DNA of 33,302 nucleotides from the NCBI RefSeq assembly GCF_001194135.2, contig NC_068983.1, positions 88,832,117 through 88,865,418 on the forward strand. The letters are read 5' to 3'. The position numbers and the translations under genes were made by a program. This stretch comes from Octopus bimaculoides (lineage: Eukaryota). This document shows positions 9,553 to 22,575 of this stretch, one piece after another; the stretch's first letter is position 1, and the number at the start of each line of letters is the position of its first letter. The notes below the pieces were generated by a model. That model searched no databases, was not told the DNA's origin, and saw nothing but the letters and a program-made list of their open reading frames with translations.

Positions 9553-11037
9553 CATCATCATCATCATTTAATGTCTGCTTTCCATGCTAGCATGGGTTGG
9601 ACGATTTGACTGAGGACTGGTGAAACCAGATGGCTACACCAGGCTCCAATCTGATTTGGTAGAGTTTCTACAGCTGGATGCCCTTCCTAACGCCAACCAC
9701 TCAGAGAGTGTAGCAGGTGCTTTTACGTGTCACCCGCATGAAGGCCAGTCCGGTGGTAATGGCCACACTCAAATGGTGTCTTTTATGTGCCACCTGCACA
9801 GGAGTCAATCCAATGTTTTGTTCACATGCCACCGGCACAAGTGCCAGTAAGGCGAAGCTGGAAATGATCGTGCTCAAATGGTGCTTTTTACGTGCCACCG
9901 GCATGGAAGCAAGACCGCTGCTCTGGCAGTGATACCACTTGGATGGTGCTGATAGTGCTCCACTGGCACGGGTGCCAGTCATCGAATTTGGTTCAATTTT
10001 AATTTCGATTTCACTTGCCTCAACAGGTCTTCGCAAGCAGGGTTTTGTGTCCAAAGAAGGGAAGGTACACATAAGTGGGTTGGTTACACTCCTGGTAAAG
10101 GCCATGGGTTATGGTCTCACTTGTCTTGCTGGATCTTCTCACACACAGCATATTTCCAAAGGTCTTGATGAGGCCCAATGTTCGAAGGTCATGCTTCACC
10201 ACCTCATCCCAGGTTTTCCTGGGTCTACCTCTTCCACAGGTACTCCTCAACCGCTAGGGTGTAGCACTCTTTCACACAGCTATCCTCATCCATTCTCGCC
10301 AAATGACCATATTAGCGCAATCGTCTCTCTTGCACACCACAACTGATGCTTCTTAGGTCCAACTTTTCTCTTAAGGTACTTACACTCTGTTGAGTATGCA
10401 CACTGACATTACACATCCATCAGAGCATACTGGCTTCATTCCTTGTGAGTTTATGCATGTCCTCAGCAGTCAGAGCCCATGTTTCACTACCATGTAGCAT
10501 GGCTGTTCGAACAGTCTGCCTTTTACTCTGAACGAGAGGCCCTTTGTCACCAGCAGAGGTAAGAGCTCTCTGAACTATAGCCGAGGCTATTCTTAGTCTA
10601 GCAGCTACACTTTCAGTGCACCCACCCCAGCTCCTGACTTGGTCGCCTAGGTAACGGAAGCTATCAACTACTTCTAGTTTTTCTCCCTGGAATGTGGCAG
10701 AAGTTGTTCTCTGCACATTTACAGTGTTTATTGCTCCTGAGCATCTGCCACATACAAAAACTATCTTCCCAGTTAGCCTTCCTTTGATATTGCTGCACCT
10801 CTTATGTGTCCATAGCTTACACTGGATACATCTTATAGAGTTTCTACCTACGCCTTTTCTACAGATCAAGCAGGTTTGTGGTTTGTCTACCTTTCTACTT
10901 ATTAGGACTTTGGTTTTAGCTAGGTTGACTCTAAGGCCCTTCAATTCTAATCCTTGCTTCCACACCTGAAACTTCTCCTCTAGTTCTGATAGTGACTCAG
11001 CAATTAGAGCAAGGTCATCAGCATAGAGGAACTCCCA
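9553..11037 (-). mobile_element. 5'-truncated RTE-clade LINE (RT C-terminal half with PHD-type finger, plus long 3' UTR)
   Basis: ORF 10420-11058 has WEFLYADDLALIAES, GLRVNLAKTK, a C4HC3 finger, FRYLGD and MLHGSETW. ORF 10020-10250 has GRGRPRKTWDEVVKHDL. (GAT)n tail at 9553. Confidence 0.95.
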
Positions 11038-11057
11038 CACACAAATACACACACACA

Positions 11058-11243
11058 TATTCTTTTTCTACTCTAGGCACACAGCCTGAAATTTTGGGGA
11101 GGGGGCCAGTCGATTAGATTGATCCCCAGTACACAACTGGTACTTAATTTATCGACCCCGAAAGCATGAAAGGCAAAGTCAACTTTGATGGAATTTGGAC
11201 TCAGAATGTAAAGACAATGCTAACGTTTCTGCCAGCTTGCCAC
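11058..11243 (-). mobile_element. SINE family B
   Basis: Colinear with 3676-3886 (ATCGACCCCGAAAG.ATGAAAGGCAAAGT core); part of the head is deleted. Confidence 0.88.
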
Positions 11244-11261
11244 CTTACACACACACACATA

Positions 11262-12290
11262 TTATCATTATTTAATATCCGTTGTCCATGTTGGCATGGG
11301 TTGGGCAGATTGACCAGAGCTGGCAAGCCGGGGAGCTGCACCAGACTCCAGTCTGATTTGGCATGGTTTCTATGGTTGAGTACCCTTCCTAACACCAACC
11401 ACTTTACAGAGTGTGATGAGTGTTTTATGTGGCACCACATGGGTACTTTTATGTGGTGCCACATGGGCACTTTTACATGAGTGCTTTTACATGGTACCAC
11501 AAAGGCACCTTTACATGGCACCACCCTGAGCGCTTTACACCACCAGAAGGGTCGGTCTTAACACTCCTGCTGCAGAGTATTGGTCTTATTGAGTTCAGCA
11601 AAGCACCAGGCATCTCGGTCCTTTGTCATCTTGTCTGAAAGGTTCAATGTCCTGAGATCATTCTTCAGCACTTCAATCCATGTCTTCCTGAGTCTCCCAT
11701 TTGCACATGTTTCATCCACTTCGAGTGGTTGGCACTACTTTATGGGGCTATTGGCATCCATCCACATCCCATGCCCAAACCAGCACAGTCTTCTCTCTTG
11801 CACACAACAACCAATTCCTTTAATGCCTAACTTCTCTCTCATAACACTAGCACTCTGTTGAACATGTACACTTACATTACACACCCAGTGGAGTATACTG
11901 GCCTCATTCTTTTCTAATGTCCTCTGCATTCCTCATTCCTTTTTAATGTCCTCTGCATTCAGGGCCCATGTCTCACTGCCATGTAGAATTGCTGTCTGTG
12001 TAACTGCATCATACAATCTTCCTTTCACTTGGAGAGAGAAAACTTTCATTGCCAACAAAGGTAACAGCTCTCTGAATTTCCTCCATCCTATTTTTATTCT
12101 AGCTATCATGCTCTCAATGCACTTCTCCCACAACTAATTTGGTCCCCTAGGTAGCAGAAATTATCTACTGCTTCTAATCAGCTACCAGAGCATTTGAGAG
12201 AATCAATTTCCTGAGTTTCTCAAGTTTTTATGGATCCTGTGCATCTTCTACATACGAAAACTATCTTCTCTGATAACCTCACTGACCCAC
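11262..12290 (-). mobile_element. 5'-truncated RTE LINE
   Basis: ORFs 11933-12133 (ARIKIGWRKFRELLPLL..KGRLYDA..ILHGSETW) and 11735-11929 (NEASILHWVCNV..RRLCWFGH). RTE tail near 11265. A 29-bp tandem duplication at 11902-11959. Confidence 0.92.
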
Positions 12291-12510
12291 TCTCTGGTAA
12301 AACACACACATATTTATTTATTTATTTATTTATATGCTTAAAGGTCAACAACATAAAAATTACATCGTTTTTAATATTTCATAAAATCTTCCATGAATCC
12401 AAGCCACATTAACTGACCAACAAAATTCCTCTATTCAATTTGTAGTTCTCTAGTAGTAACACAGCTCTTGTAAGGAGGTTATGTTTTCAACTACTCTCTG
12501 TTAAGGGTTT

Positions 12511-12517
12511 TATGCAC

Positions 12518-12559
<42 letters not shown>

Positions 12560-12567
12560 CATTATTA
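12511..12567. repeat. (ATT)n microsatellite
   Basis: Near-perfect TAT/ATT run. Confidence 0.95.
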
Positions 12568-12574
12568 TATATAG

Positions 12575-12905
12575 GTCAAACTGGCATAATTGTTAGAGCA
12601 TCAGACAAATTGCTTTGCAGTATTTCTTCTGGCTCTTTACATTCTGAACTCAATGTTAACCAAGATAAACTTTGTCTTTTATTCTTTCAGGGTCAATAAA
12701 TAAAGTGTAAGTCTGGTGCTGGGATCAAGTAAATCTAGAAAATGCCATGCCATCAAATTCCTAGCCTTTCTACCGATATTAGAAACGATTGTCTTTCATC
12801 CTCTTGGGGTCAATAAAATAAGTATCAGTTGAGCACTGGGGTCAATGTAATCGACTTACTCCTTTTGCCCAAATTTCAGGCTTTGTACCTATAGAAGAAA
12901 GGATT
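12575..12905 (+). mobile_element. Two adjacent SINE family B copies (one diverged full copy plus one 3' part)
   Basis: Core-like TCTTTTATTCTTTCAGGGTCAATAAA near 12675 and TCTTTCATCCTCTTGGGGTCAATAAAATAAGTA near 12792; both end in a ..TAGAAA(G/C)GATT tail. Confidence 0.75.
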
Positions 12906-13374
12906 ATCATCATTGTCATCACCATCTTAAGGAGTGGACCCACTAGTAAAACTCCCTTTGGTATTTACTTTTGCTGAAAATCACTTACAACATAACCTCA
13001 GAAAAATAACATTGTTCCAAGAGATGCCTTGATACAGAAAATTACTATGTTCCCCCTTTCACTTTCTGGCATTATAGAAGCTTATTTTTCATCAGTCACT
13101 ACAACCTTAATATGGTCTTAGGACATGGGTGGAAAATAATAGAGCCAAAACAGCATGATGACCAGTTAATAGAAGCCTTCTATATATAGATGGATGATAT
13201 ATTTCTGGAATTTTGATAATTTGCAATCCTAGAGTTTAGGACATTACTGTTACTCTTGTCCTTCTGTATTTAATATCAGTTCGTATATCTTTCTCAGTGA
13301 AGGTGACATCAACATGGTAGCAAGACCCAGAAGAATTATCAACAAAATTTCCCTCAAATTACAAGTCAAGTCTT

Positions 13375-13423
13375 ATGCATGTGTATATGTGTGATCCAGT
13401 GATATATATATACATATATTCAC

Positions 13424-13474
<51 letters not shown>

Positions 13475-13565
13475 CACACACAAACACACATATATATACA
13501 CACATATATATATACATACATACATTTACGTGTGTGTGTGTGTGTGTGCGTGCGCACACGTGTGC
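13375..13565. repeat. Compound (TA)n/(CA)n/(TG)n microsatellite
   Basis: Direct reading. ORFs 13359-13617 are artefacts of it. Confidence 0.95.
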
Positions 13566-13709
13566 ACTTATTTAAAGTTGTGTACAAGTGCTTATGCATT
13601 GGAGAAAATATATCCAATGAATTCTAGAGCTCAATTCTTTAACATATCTTTAAATTTCAATATATTTTTACTTCAATACAATAGCAAACATGATATTGCA
13701 TAAAGTTAC

Positions 13710-14300
13710 GGATCTATTTTAAAATGGGGGCCACAGTATTTTCTTAACGAAACACTTTGAAACTTGGAACACTGGTAGAATGTATCATATAAAACATCTT
13801 TTTCTCTTAGTCTTCTTAAAAAAAAAAAGAAATCCCTAAGTTATTCCATGTTAAAGTTGTCATATTTCTGTAATTTCAACCAATCACTGACGTCCATTCA
13901 GCCAATATACATTAAGTGCCGACTACATAAACAAACGATTCTGAAACAATTCTATCGGTGATAAAATTATTATTTCCTTGTCAAAAAATGGCTGAAGCAT
14001 ATTNNNNNNNNNNAAAAAGGAAATGAAAAAAGCAAATAAAACGAAGCTATGGAGATTAAATACGCTTTACACCGCTTAATCAGCCAAAGGAGTAAATGTA
14101 AACAACTGAATACTTGTCAGTGATTGGTTGAAATTATCGAAATAAGACAATTTTTTACATGAAATAAATTCGAATACAAAAATATTTTTCTGTTCTATAA
14201 CACAAAATAGATAAGTATACGAAGTTTGAAAGTCTTTCGGTACCAAATACACTACGTAAAACATTAATGAAAACTGTGGCCCCCGTTTTAAAATAGATCC
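13710..14300. mobile_element. MITE with 28-bp terminal inverted repeats
   Basis: GGATCTATTTTAAAATGGGGGCCACAGT (13710-13737) versus the reverse complement of 14273-14300, 27/28 identical. No ORF. A 10-N gap lies inside. Confidence 0.9.
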
Positions 14301-15119
14301 AAAGTTATCAATTGGCTAAAACAAATGTTCAGAGCAAACTATTTGGGAGAATAGAAAACAAATAATCTCATTGTAGGGTATTTAGTATATCATTATTTTA
14401 TTCAAATATATGCCACTGGCTACTCTGAGTTAGCTCTTTAGCTCATTTTTGTTCTTAGAGCAGAACCAAACCCCTAATCATGTGGTTTTGAAGCAAACAT
14501 CTTAACTACACAACAATACCTTACTACTAAATCCAAAACCATTATTACTATTGCAACATTCACATCACCAACGTCTAGGTCTCCAAGTTCTTCCCAGTAA
14601 CATTCTTATCAATAATATCTGATAACAACTTTCTAAGCTTTTCTTTAAACTTCAGTTACACCTAATGGAAGGTTAAAAGCAAAAATACATATTAGCAACA
14701 GAGACAGTATTATTACTAAGAGGTTATATTTAACCTCACTTAAACATGGATATTCTGTTAGAACAAACTATACTGCAGTAGATACCATGAAAGAAACTCT
14801 CATGGATTTTTGGTGCAAAATACATTCTTGCTTATATAACCAGTGGCAGGGAAATAAATCCCTACCACCTTCGGTGCCAAGACCACCATATGACATGATT
14901 TTGACCTTCCTTGGTTTTGGTAATGATGGACACTTGACTGCTAGAGACAGCAGCAATTCATTCCCCCACCAGCGATATATAAAAAAACAGTGCCAGAACA
15001 GAAAGTTTTGGATGGGGTTTTTTTTTAATACTAAAATATGAAACAGATAATGTGAGTGAAATGTGTCAAATATCTCAACCCATTAATATTTAGTGAACCA
15101 AAAAAATATGAACATGAAT

Positions 15120-15545
15120 TAATGAAGTCATATGTCATCACTACCAAGCGCCAACAGCACCACCACCTAAATTACTCACACCACTACTACACCTGACATC
15201 ATCATTCACACAACAATACACCCACCATTAAAACACTACCACCAATACTATTACTGTTACACTAACACACACAGACCTCGCTATTAGCACCTCTGCTACT
15301 TTTAAATCTATCACCTACACCATCATGACTATTACAATTCATACTACTACCATCACATCTTATAATAACTAAGTACTATGCACCATTACTACATAGGCAA
15401 CTACCATCTTTTCTACTACTGCCACAATGTCTGCATCACAAAAATCACCACTGTTACCATCACCATTACTCACCACAACAACCACCATTGCCCACCTCAA
15501 CTACCACCACAAATAATAATACTGCTGCCAATACCACCATCAGTA
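15120..15545. repeat. Low-complexity (ACC/ACT/CAT)-rich tract
   Basis: Degenerate trinucleotide composition; ORF 15378-15590 is a low-complexity artefact. Confidence 0.8.
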
Positions 15546-15579
15546 ACACTGGTGTTGGTTTGTTTACATTCCAATATGT

Positions 15580-15720
15580 TAGCAATTTAGCAAAAAGAGA
15601 GTGATAGAATAAGTATTAGACTTCAAAAAAAAAATAGGGGGTAATTTGATTAACTTAACTGCTTCAGGGAAGTGCCCCAGTATGACCACAATGAAATGAC
15701 TGAAATAAAAGAGTAATTAA
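15580..15720 (+). mobile_element. SINE family A, 3' part
   Basis: GCAAAAAGAGAGTGATAGAATAAGTA...CCCCAGTATGACCACA..ATGACTGAAATAAAAGAG; homologous to 24820-24960. Confidence 0.75.
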
Positions 15721-15795
15721 TATCATCACTCTTATATAGGTAATAATACTGGAGGCTTCTACATGACCACTCAGCCTAAAAGAAATAGCAGTCAA

Positions 15796-16155
15796 GCTGA
15801 TCTCAAATTGTGGAGGGAACACCAGAAGTGCTGATCTCTGACTGTGGAGGGAACCTGTGGGAGAGGTAGACCCAGGAAGACGTGGGACAAAGTGGTGAGA
15901 AAGGATCTTCAGACACTGGGCCTCACTGAGGAAATAACCAGGGACCAGGAGTTGTGGCGATTTGCTGTACTTGAGAAGGCACGTCAAGCCAGGTAAAATC
16001 ACACAGTTGCACTCATGCTAGTGCTGCATAAACACACCTATACCAGCAGAATGTAAAATGCACCCAGCACATTGTAACATAGGTGACATTAGGAAGGGCA
16101 ACCGATTGTAGAAACGATGCCAAAACAGACAATTGGAGTTGGGACATGATGATGA
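15796..16155 (+). mobile_element. RTE LINE 3' fragment
   Basis: TVEGTCGRGRPRKTWDKVVRKDLQTLGLTEEITRDQELWRFAVLEK, then a short UTR and (GAT)n. A 25-bp segment is duplicated at the 5' junction (15796, 15830). Confidence 0.88.
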
Positions 16156-16309
16156 CCCTACCATCTTAAAAACAGATATACTAGATAATGCAGGCCTAGA
16201 TTGGAATGATCATGGCTAAAATGCCTTAAACCATGGATTTGCTACATCTGAGATGACCTGGAATTAAACAACAACAGTGGCTACTATAAATGCACCCACA
16301 CTGTTTCTG

Positions 16310-16540
16310 TCTTGACTACAACTACTAAGATCCTCATCCCTGTCACAAATATTATATCCAACACTACTAACAATCACATTACCATCACTACATTCACATT
16401 CATCATATCCATCACTTCCACAATCATCAACATCTTCACCTCATTACTAGAACTACCACCACCAACAACACCACTTACAACACAGCTGCCATTATCATCA
16501 TCATCACTACGTTCACCACCACCATCCCCACCATAATCAT
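16310..16540. repeat. Low-complexity (ACT/CAT/ACC)-rich tract
   Basis: Degenerate trinucleotide run; ORF 16312-16536 is an artefact. Confidence 0.8.
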
Positions 16541-17099
16541 AATATCAATCTGTAACAATAATTTCAAGGAATTTGGAACCAATTTACTAAAAGAGTAGGC
16601 CACAGTTTTAGTGAGGAATACAGCTAAATATTGTTTTGTTGTTTTCTATTATATTTGTATGTGTATATGCTGGGTGGTGATGGTAGTTATGAAAACAGGA
16701 GGTGTAAGTTATGACATTATCTTTGACATTTGGAAATAATAATGTATCCCCTACCTACATTTACATAGTTTTGTTAAGAACAGAAACCACAAAAAAATGA
16801 GGTCGCTGTTTAAGTCAATCTGGGGTGTTGGAGTCTAGCCATGCCCTCACTTAAGTTAATTGCTATCAAAAAACCTTTAGTGAACACTGTATGAAATATC
16901 CAGATTAGGTGTTAGGAAATTTTTTCTGCCATGTTTTATAACACTGGAGTACTATGTAATTGAAATGTTGTTGATAGCCAGCATCTATACCATTTTATGA
17001 GACAATTCAGTATCTACCAGGATAATCTATCCCTTTTATATTCTTTTCAAAGTAACTCTCGTTTTTTAATGAGGAAACAAGGCAGACTACCAGAGAATG

Positions 17100-18439
17100 G
17101 AGAGAATTAATACCAATGCACCCCTGAAGGATATTCCAATACCACCAAAGAAAGAATACATTAAAGACCTTATATACAAAACCAACTCTTTCATACACAG
17201 ATAGAGATGGCAGGCATACTTCCATGACGAAAAGAGGAAGACTCAAACAACAACGCAACAGATGAACAGATACAGTGAATTTTTAAAACAAGGAAATACC
17301 TGCCACCCAACCTACACCTAGCTGACTTTAAAGATGAACTATGAAATATTAAGAATATTAAATTCTGTAAATTCCCACTAAGAATAGATAAATACCCCTA
17401 GAAACTAAACTCCCTAACAAAGAAGCTCAAGAAAAAAGAAGGAATTTTAGTACACACAGATAAAATGGGTAACTTGTACCATTTAATCCACTGCCATTAC
17501 AATACACTACGCAAAAAAGAGATAAACTAAAAGTTATAAAGTCACGAATCCTAACAACCTTACACAGCTTAAACTGCAAGCTAAAGGTATTATGGAAAAA
17601 TATAATTTAGCAGATAAAACTAAACCTTACAAGCCTAAAACCCAGAATTAATCTTAAGGACCATAAAACCTAACTTTTGCACTAACCCTACTGTTAGACT
17701 CATTTTCCTTTCTAAATCGGACCTTGGTAGGATAAGTAAGTTTATCAGAGATAAGTACATAGCCACACTTTGAAATGTCATGAAGCTTAAACTATGGTCA
17801 CATGAGATAACTGACTGGTTTACTAAAATCCCAGATGAAAATAAGACAAGATTCATGCAAATCAACATATCTAACTATTATGCTTCAATTAAGCCTATCC
17901 TCTTAAATAAGGCGCACATGTTTGCTAGGAAACACTCATCACTTATAAGAGTAGAAGTAGACATTATTTTAGTGGCTAGGAAATCAATTATAAAATTTGA
18001 GGGAAAGTACTGGGTGAGAAAGGATAGACCAGAGATGTTTGTCATAAATATGGGATCAACAGACTGCACAGGTAACAGATTTAGTAGGGATATACATTTT
18101 AATCTTCCTGTATAACGAACTCCCAGAAATAGGAGGGAGTCTATACAGGATGATGCACTTTTCACCCTGTTTAACCCCTCAAAGCGGGACAGAAAAATAG
18201 AGGAAATAATTTTTTTAGGTTCTTTAAAAACATAGGACTCTCAATATTTATAGAAGAGGAACATAACTCAGCTTTCTTGATGTTAATTTAGATTTAAGTA
18301 GAGGTATACACAGGCTTTATCATAAACTTAATACAAACCTTAAATACATTCATAGAAATAACAATCACCCAAAAAGTATAACCTGATCAATAGAAAATAT
18401 ATCAATCTGAATTAATAAACTCTCAGTGAATGAGGAAGT
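17100..18439 (+). mobile_element. Penelope-like element, segment 1 (N-terminus and reverse transcriptase), decayed
   Basis: LKDIPIPPKKEYIKDLIYKTNSFIHR*RWQAYF; NPTVRL(fs)PSKSDLGRISK; ORF 17780-18115 WFTKIPDENKTRFMQINISNYYASI..ARKSII..FVINMGSTD; LY(R)DDAL-like at 18135-18150; FLDVNLDL..YIHRNNNHP..INKLSVNEEV. Confidence 0.88.
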
Positions 18440-18886
18440 CATCATCACCATCGTTTAACATCCATCTTCCAAGCTAGCATGGGTGGGATGGTTTCACAAG
18501 AGCTGGCCAGGCAGAAGCCTGCACCAGACTTCTGTGACTGTTTTGGCAGGATTTTTCAGCTGGATGCCTTTCCTAACACCAACCACTCAGCAGAGTGGAA
18601 GTTAGTGCTTTTTACATGGTACAAGCACAGGCAAGGTCAGTTTTAGCAAGGTTTTTACAGCTGGATCCCCTTCCGAACACCAACCATTTTACCATGTAGA
18701 CTGGGTACTTTTAAGTGGCACCTGCACTCACAGGGTCACCAAGTACTTACAAGACAAAAACAAGAAAAACAAAAAACTTTCAAGAGGGGTGGAGGCATTG
18801 GAGAAGGTGATCTTGTGTCGGATGATGAAAAGTTATAGTGAAACAGATACAGGTGTCTTGCAGTAGAAGTACTAGGATACCCAGCC

Positions 18887-18925
<39 letters not shown>

Positions 18926-19231
18926 TCAGGAATGAAGACAGAAACAGGTGCGCTACTGCAAAGGATATACATGGTTACCCAACCTGAGGGAAATGCAGAA
19001 GGGGAGAGAGAGTGGGAGACAGCAGAATAGAGGTGGTGGCAAAATGCTGGTCATACTCACAAGGAATGGGTATTAGTACAAAAATGGGATGGTTGAGTAA
19101 AGGAAGAGAGAGATATAGATGGTGGCAAGTGCCAGGGCATACCTTTGAGGTTCCAACGCCATAATATAAGTGGCAGGATATTGCGAAGGAAGTGTGATTA
19201 AAGAGTGCGAGTAAATGGTGAAAAACCTGGG

Positions 19232-19306
<75 letters not shown>

Positions 19307-22092
19307 GGGGATACCTATAGCAATGATAGAGGAACAGGGCCATGAGTACGGGATTGGGGAGTGAGAGCTTGGTACAGTGTATGAAGGAGGAAATGTGAGA
19401 AAAAGAAGAGATGTGGAGATATAGATTGGTTTGTTGGGGTAGGGTAAGGGAAAAGTTTTCTTGTTGTGTGGATGTGACATATATGTAGGGGCTAACAGAT
19501 AACAATAATACAGTGAGACAGGGTGTGTGGGTAGAACACAGAGGTTGGGGGAAAGTGGAGAGCAATGATACAGTGGCACAGAGCTAAGGGGACATGATTG
19601 GGGAGTGGGAAGTAAGCATAGTGCATGAAGCAGAAGTGTGAGGAAGAGGAGAAATATAGAGATGTAGTTTGGTTTGTTGTGGTAGAGTGTGAGAAGTTTT
19701 CTTTTATGTGGGTTAGAACTCAGTTTTACTGATGTGAGCAAGTCTTCTCAAGAACTTCATATCACCAGACATTTCAGTCCATTGGCATTTCCTCCGTGAG
19801 GCCCAACTTCCTGAGATCGGTCTTCACCACTTCATCTCACATCTTTCTGGGTCTCCTTCTTGCACGGGTACCATCCACTTTCAGTGATCTGCACTCCTTT
19901 ATGCAGCTGTGCTCATTCATATGCATCACAGTTTTCTCTCTTGCATGCTACATTTGGTTCCTCTTACGACCAACTTTTCTCTCAATACATTTTCACTTTG
20001 CTGTAACTGTGCACTGAAGTCGCACATTGAACGGAGCATACTACCTTCATTTCTCTCCAGTCTATGCATGTCTTCTGCATGGAATATAGCTGTTCACACA
20101 CAAGTATCATATAGTCTACCTTTCACTCTGAGAGAGAGGCTTTCTGTTGCCAACAAAGGTAATAACTCTCTGAACTTCCTCTACCTAATTCTTATTCTAG
20201 GAACAATACTTTCAGAGCATCCTCCACCATTGCTAATTTGGTCACCTAGATAAAAGAAACTATCTACAGCCTCAAAAGAGCTTCCTGGACATTTGAGAGA
20301 ATCTAATTCCCGTGTGCTTTTAGTGCATATTTTTCCTGCACATCTGCCACATACAAGGACAACTTCATCTGTTAATTTACCTGTGATTCCACTGTACCTC
20401 TTATGTGTCCGTGGTTTACACTGGGTGCAGTAAATGGAATTTCTTCCAACTCCTTTCTTACATATTGAGCAGAGCCATTTACCTGATGGAAAAAGAGTTT
20501 TATCTTCTTTCTTACTAACAACCACTCTTGTCTTAGCTAGGTTAACTTAAAGGCTGTTTGATTCCAGGTTTTGTTTCCATACCTGGAACTTCTCAAATTC
20601 TGCTAAAGATTCTGCAATTAGAGCAAGGTCATCAGCATACAGCAGTTCCTATGGGCACCAAGTTTTGAATTCCTCTGTTATGGCCTGGAGGACTATAATG
20701 AATAAGAGTGGGCTGAGAACTGAGCCCTGGTGAACTCCTACCTGAATGTTAAATTCATCATTGTATTCATGGCTGACTCTCACCTTACTGACAGCACCAA
20801 TATACATGGCTTGTACAGTTCTAACAAGCCACTCTACTCCAAACTTCCTTAGAGACCACCATATAACAGAGCTGGGAACTCTGTTGAAAGTTTTCTTAAG
20901 GTCAACAAAGGCTAAGTACAATGGCTTACTTTTGGCCAAGTACTTTTCCTGCAGTTGTCTCACTGGGAAGATGGCATCTGTGGTACTCTTCCCAGGTACA
21001 AAACCAAACTGCATCTCATCTAGTTTAATTCTATTTAGTAATTTTCATGACTTGGTCTAGCAGTTTAATACCTCTGTAGTTGTTTCTATGTAAAGCATCA
21101 CCTTTACCCTTGTAGCAGCTAACTATAATACCACTGCACCAGTCATTGGGAGTGGTGCCTTCCTGAACAACCTGATTAATTATACGGGTGACTAAGCTGT
21201 ATCCTAATCCACCAGAAATTTTAATCATCTCGGCAGTGATTCTTGATGGCCCAGGGGCTTTCCCTGTCTTCATGTCCTTAATTGCTTAATCTATTATGCT
21301 ACTATCAACTCCTGATGGTTGGTCCCTCAATTGGTTCGATATTTGGTAAACTCTCCTTCTTCCATTCATTTTCCACATTTAGTAACATTTCAATGCATCT
21401 TTCTTCCCTGAGTCACTAAGTGCAAGTATACCATTATCCATTCACACATTTCTCACCTACCACATCTCTATTTTCTCTGATACACTGCTTTGCAATCCTG
21501 AACACCTCATGCTTCTGATCTTCACACTGTAGAACATTTGCAAATCTCTTAACTTCAGTTACTCCTTTTGCTATATATGCCTGATGCCTAGCTACTCTTT
21601 TGACTACCTGATATAATCCTTTGCTTCCACCGTCTTTCCAGGCCTGTCTTTTTGCTTTTATAATACTGTCAACCTCCTTGCTCCACCACCATGTCACCCT
21701 TGGTCTAGCTGGGTCTCTGCACCAACTATAGATTTCATCTGTAGCTCTCAGTAGACTGTCCTGCAGAAACTTCCAGTTGTCCTCTAAGCTATATGTCCCC
21801 AACTCTTTCTCTCTTTTGTCAGAAGCTTCCATTTTTGTCTGTTTGCTGGATCACTGAGCTTCCATAGTCTTCTTTTCTAGATTGGTTTATTTCTCTGAGT
21901 CTTTCTAGCTCTAATTCTGAAGTCACAACCTATGTTGGGTTGTACACTCTCCACCTGGGAAAGACTTTGCATTTTTAAGCATCCATGTATCTCATTGCCT
22001 GGTGAGGAGGTAGTCAATCTGGCTTATGTGCTCACCAGACTGATAAGTGATTAGGTGGCTGGCTGGTTTTTTGAAGTTAGTGTTACGGATCA
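18440..22092 (-). mobile_element. 3.65-kb 5'-truncated RTE LINE inserted into the Penelope-like element
   Basis: From 22092 down: APE C-terminus (TNFKKPASHLITYQSG..IDYLL..KSFPGGECTTQHRL), linker ORF 21434-21832, RT ORFs 21031-21273 (GKAPGPSRI..YKGKGD..YRGIKLL) and 20649-21014 (QFGF..AFVDLKK..GVHQGSVLSP), LYADD at about 20630-20645, finger ORF 20181-20525, long purine-rich 3' UTR, (GAT)n tail at 18440. Confidence 0.95.
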
Positions 22093-22099
22093 TAAGATC

Positions 22100-22575
22100 A
22101 TTTGTATCACAGAACTCCAGCATTCCCAAATGAGGTTTTTTATAATTTCACATTAGAGAAGGCAGGATATAGAGAAAAATTAAAATTCCTTAATGGTGTT
22201 AATAATCATGACAGTAAGCTTAATATGGAAAGCATCACTAATCAAATAGAACAGACAATAAGAAGAGTTAAGGATAGGAAATCTGTGCAATTAGAATATA
22301 ACAATAGAGCTCCCAGAAATAAAAAGAAGAGTACAAATTTACTTGAATATGTTCCAAATAAAGAACAAAGTTGCGTAGATACGAATGGACCATTCAGGTA
22401 GGGTAGGTAAACTATACATAAACTCTATAAATAGTAATATACAAATAATTGACAAATATGATAGCAAACAAACCAAATGTTGTAATAAGAACCAAATAAA
22501 GAGAGTACACCCTTTTACAAAAAGCTTAGGTAGAAATAGAAACACATACCTTATAAACAGGGATACCTCTAGCTA
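22100..22575 (+). mobile_element. Penelope-like element, segment 2 (post-RT region)
   Basis: YNFTLEKAGYREKLKF continues the PLE thumb after NEEV of segment 1; ends RNRNTYLINRDTSS. Confidence 0.7.

Noticed and set aside
18975-19741. ORFs of 196 and 222 aa
   Set aside because: They read through the low-complexity RTE 3' UTR and (TA)n(GA)n; no domain content.
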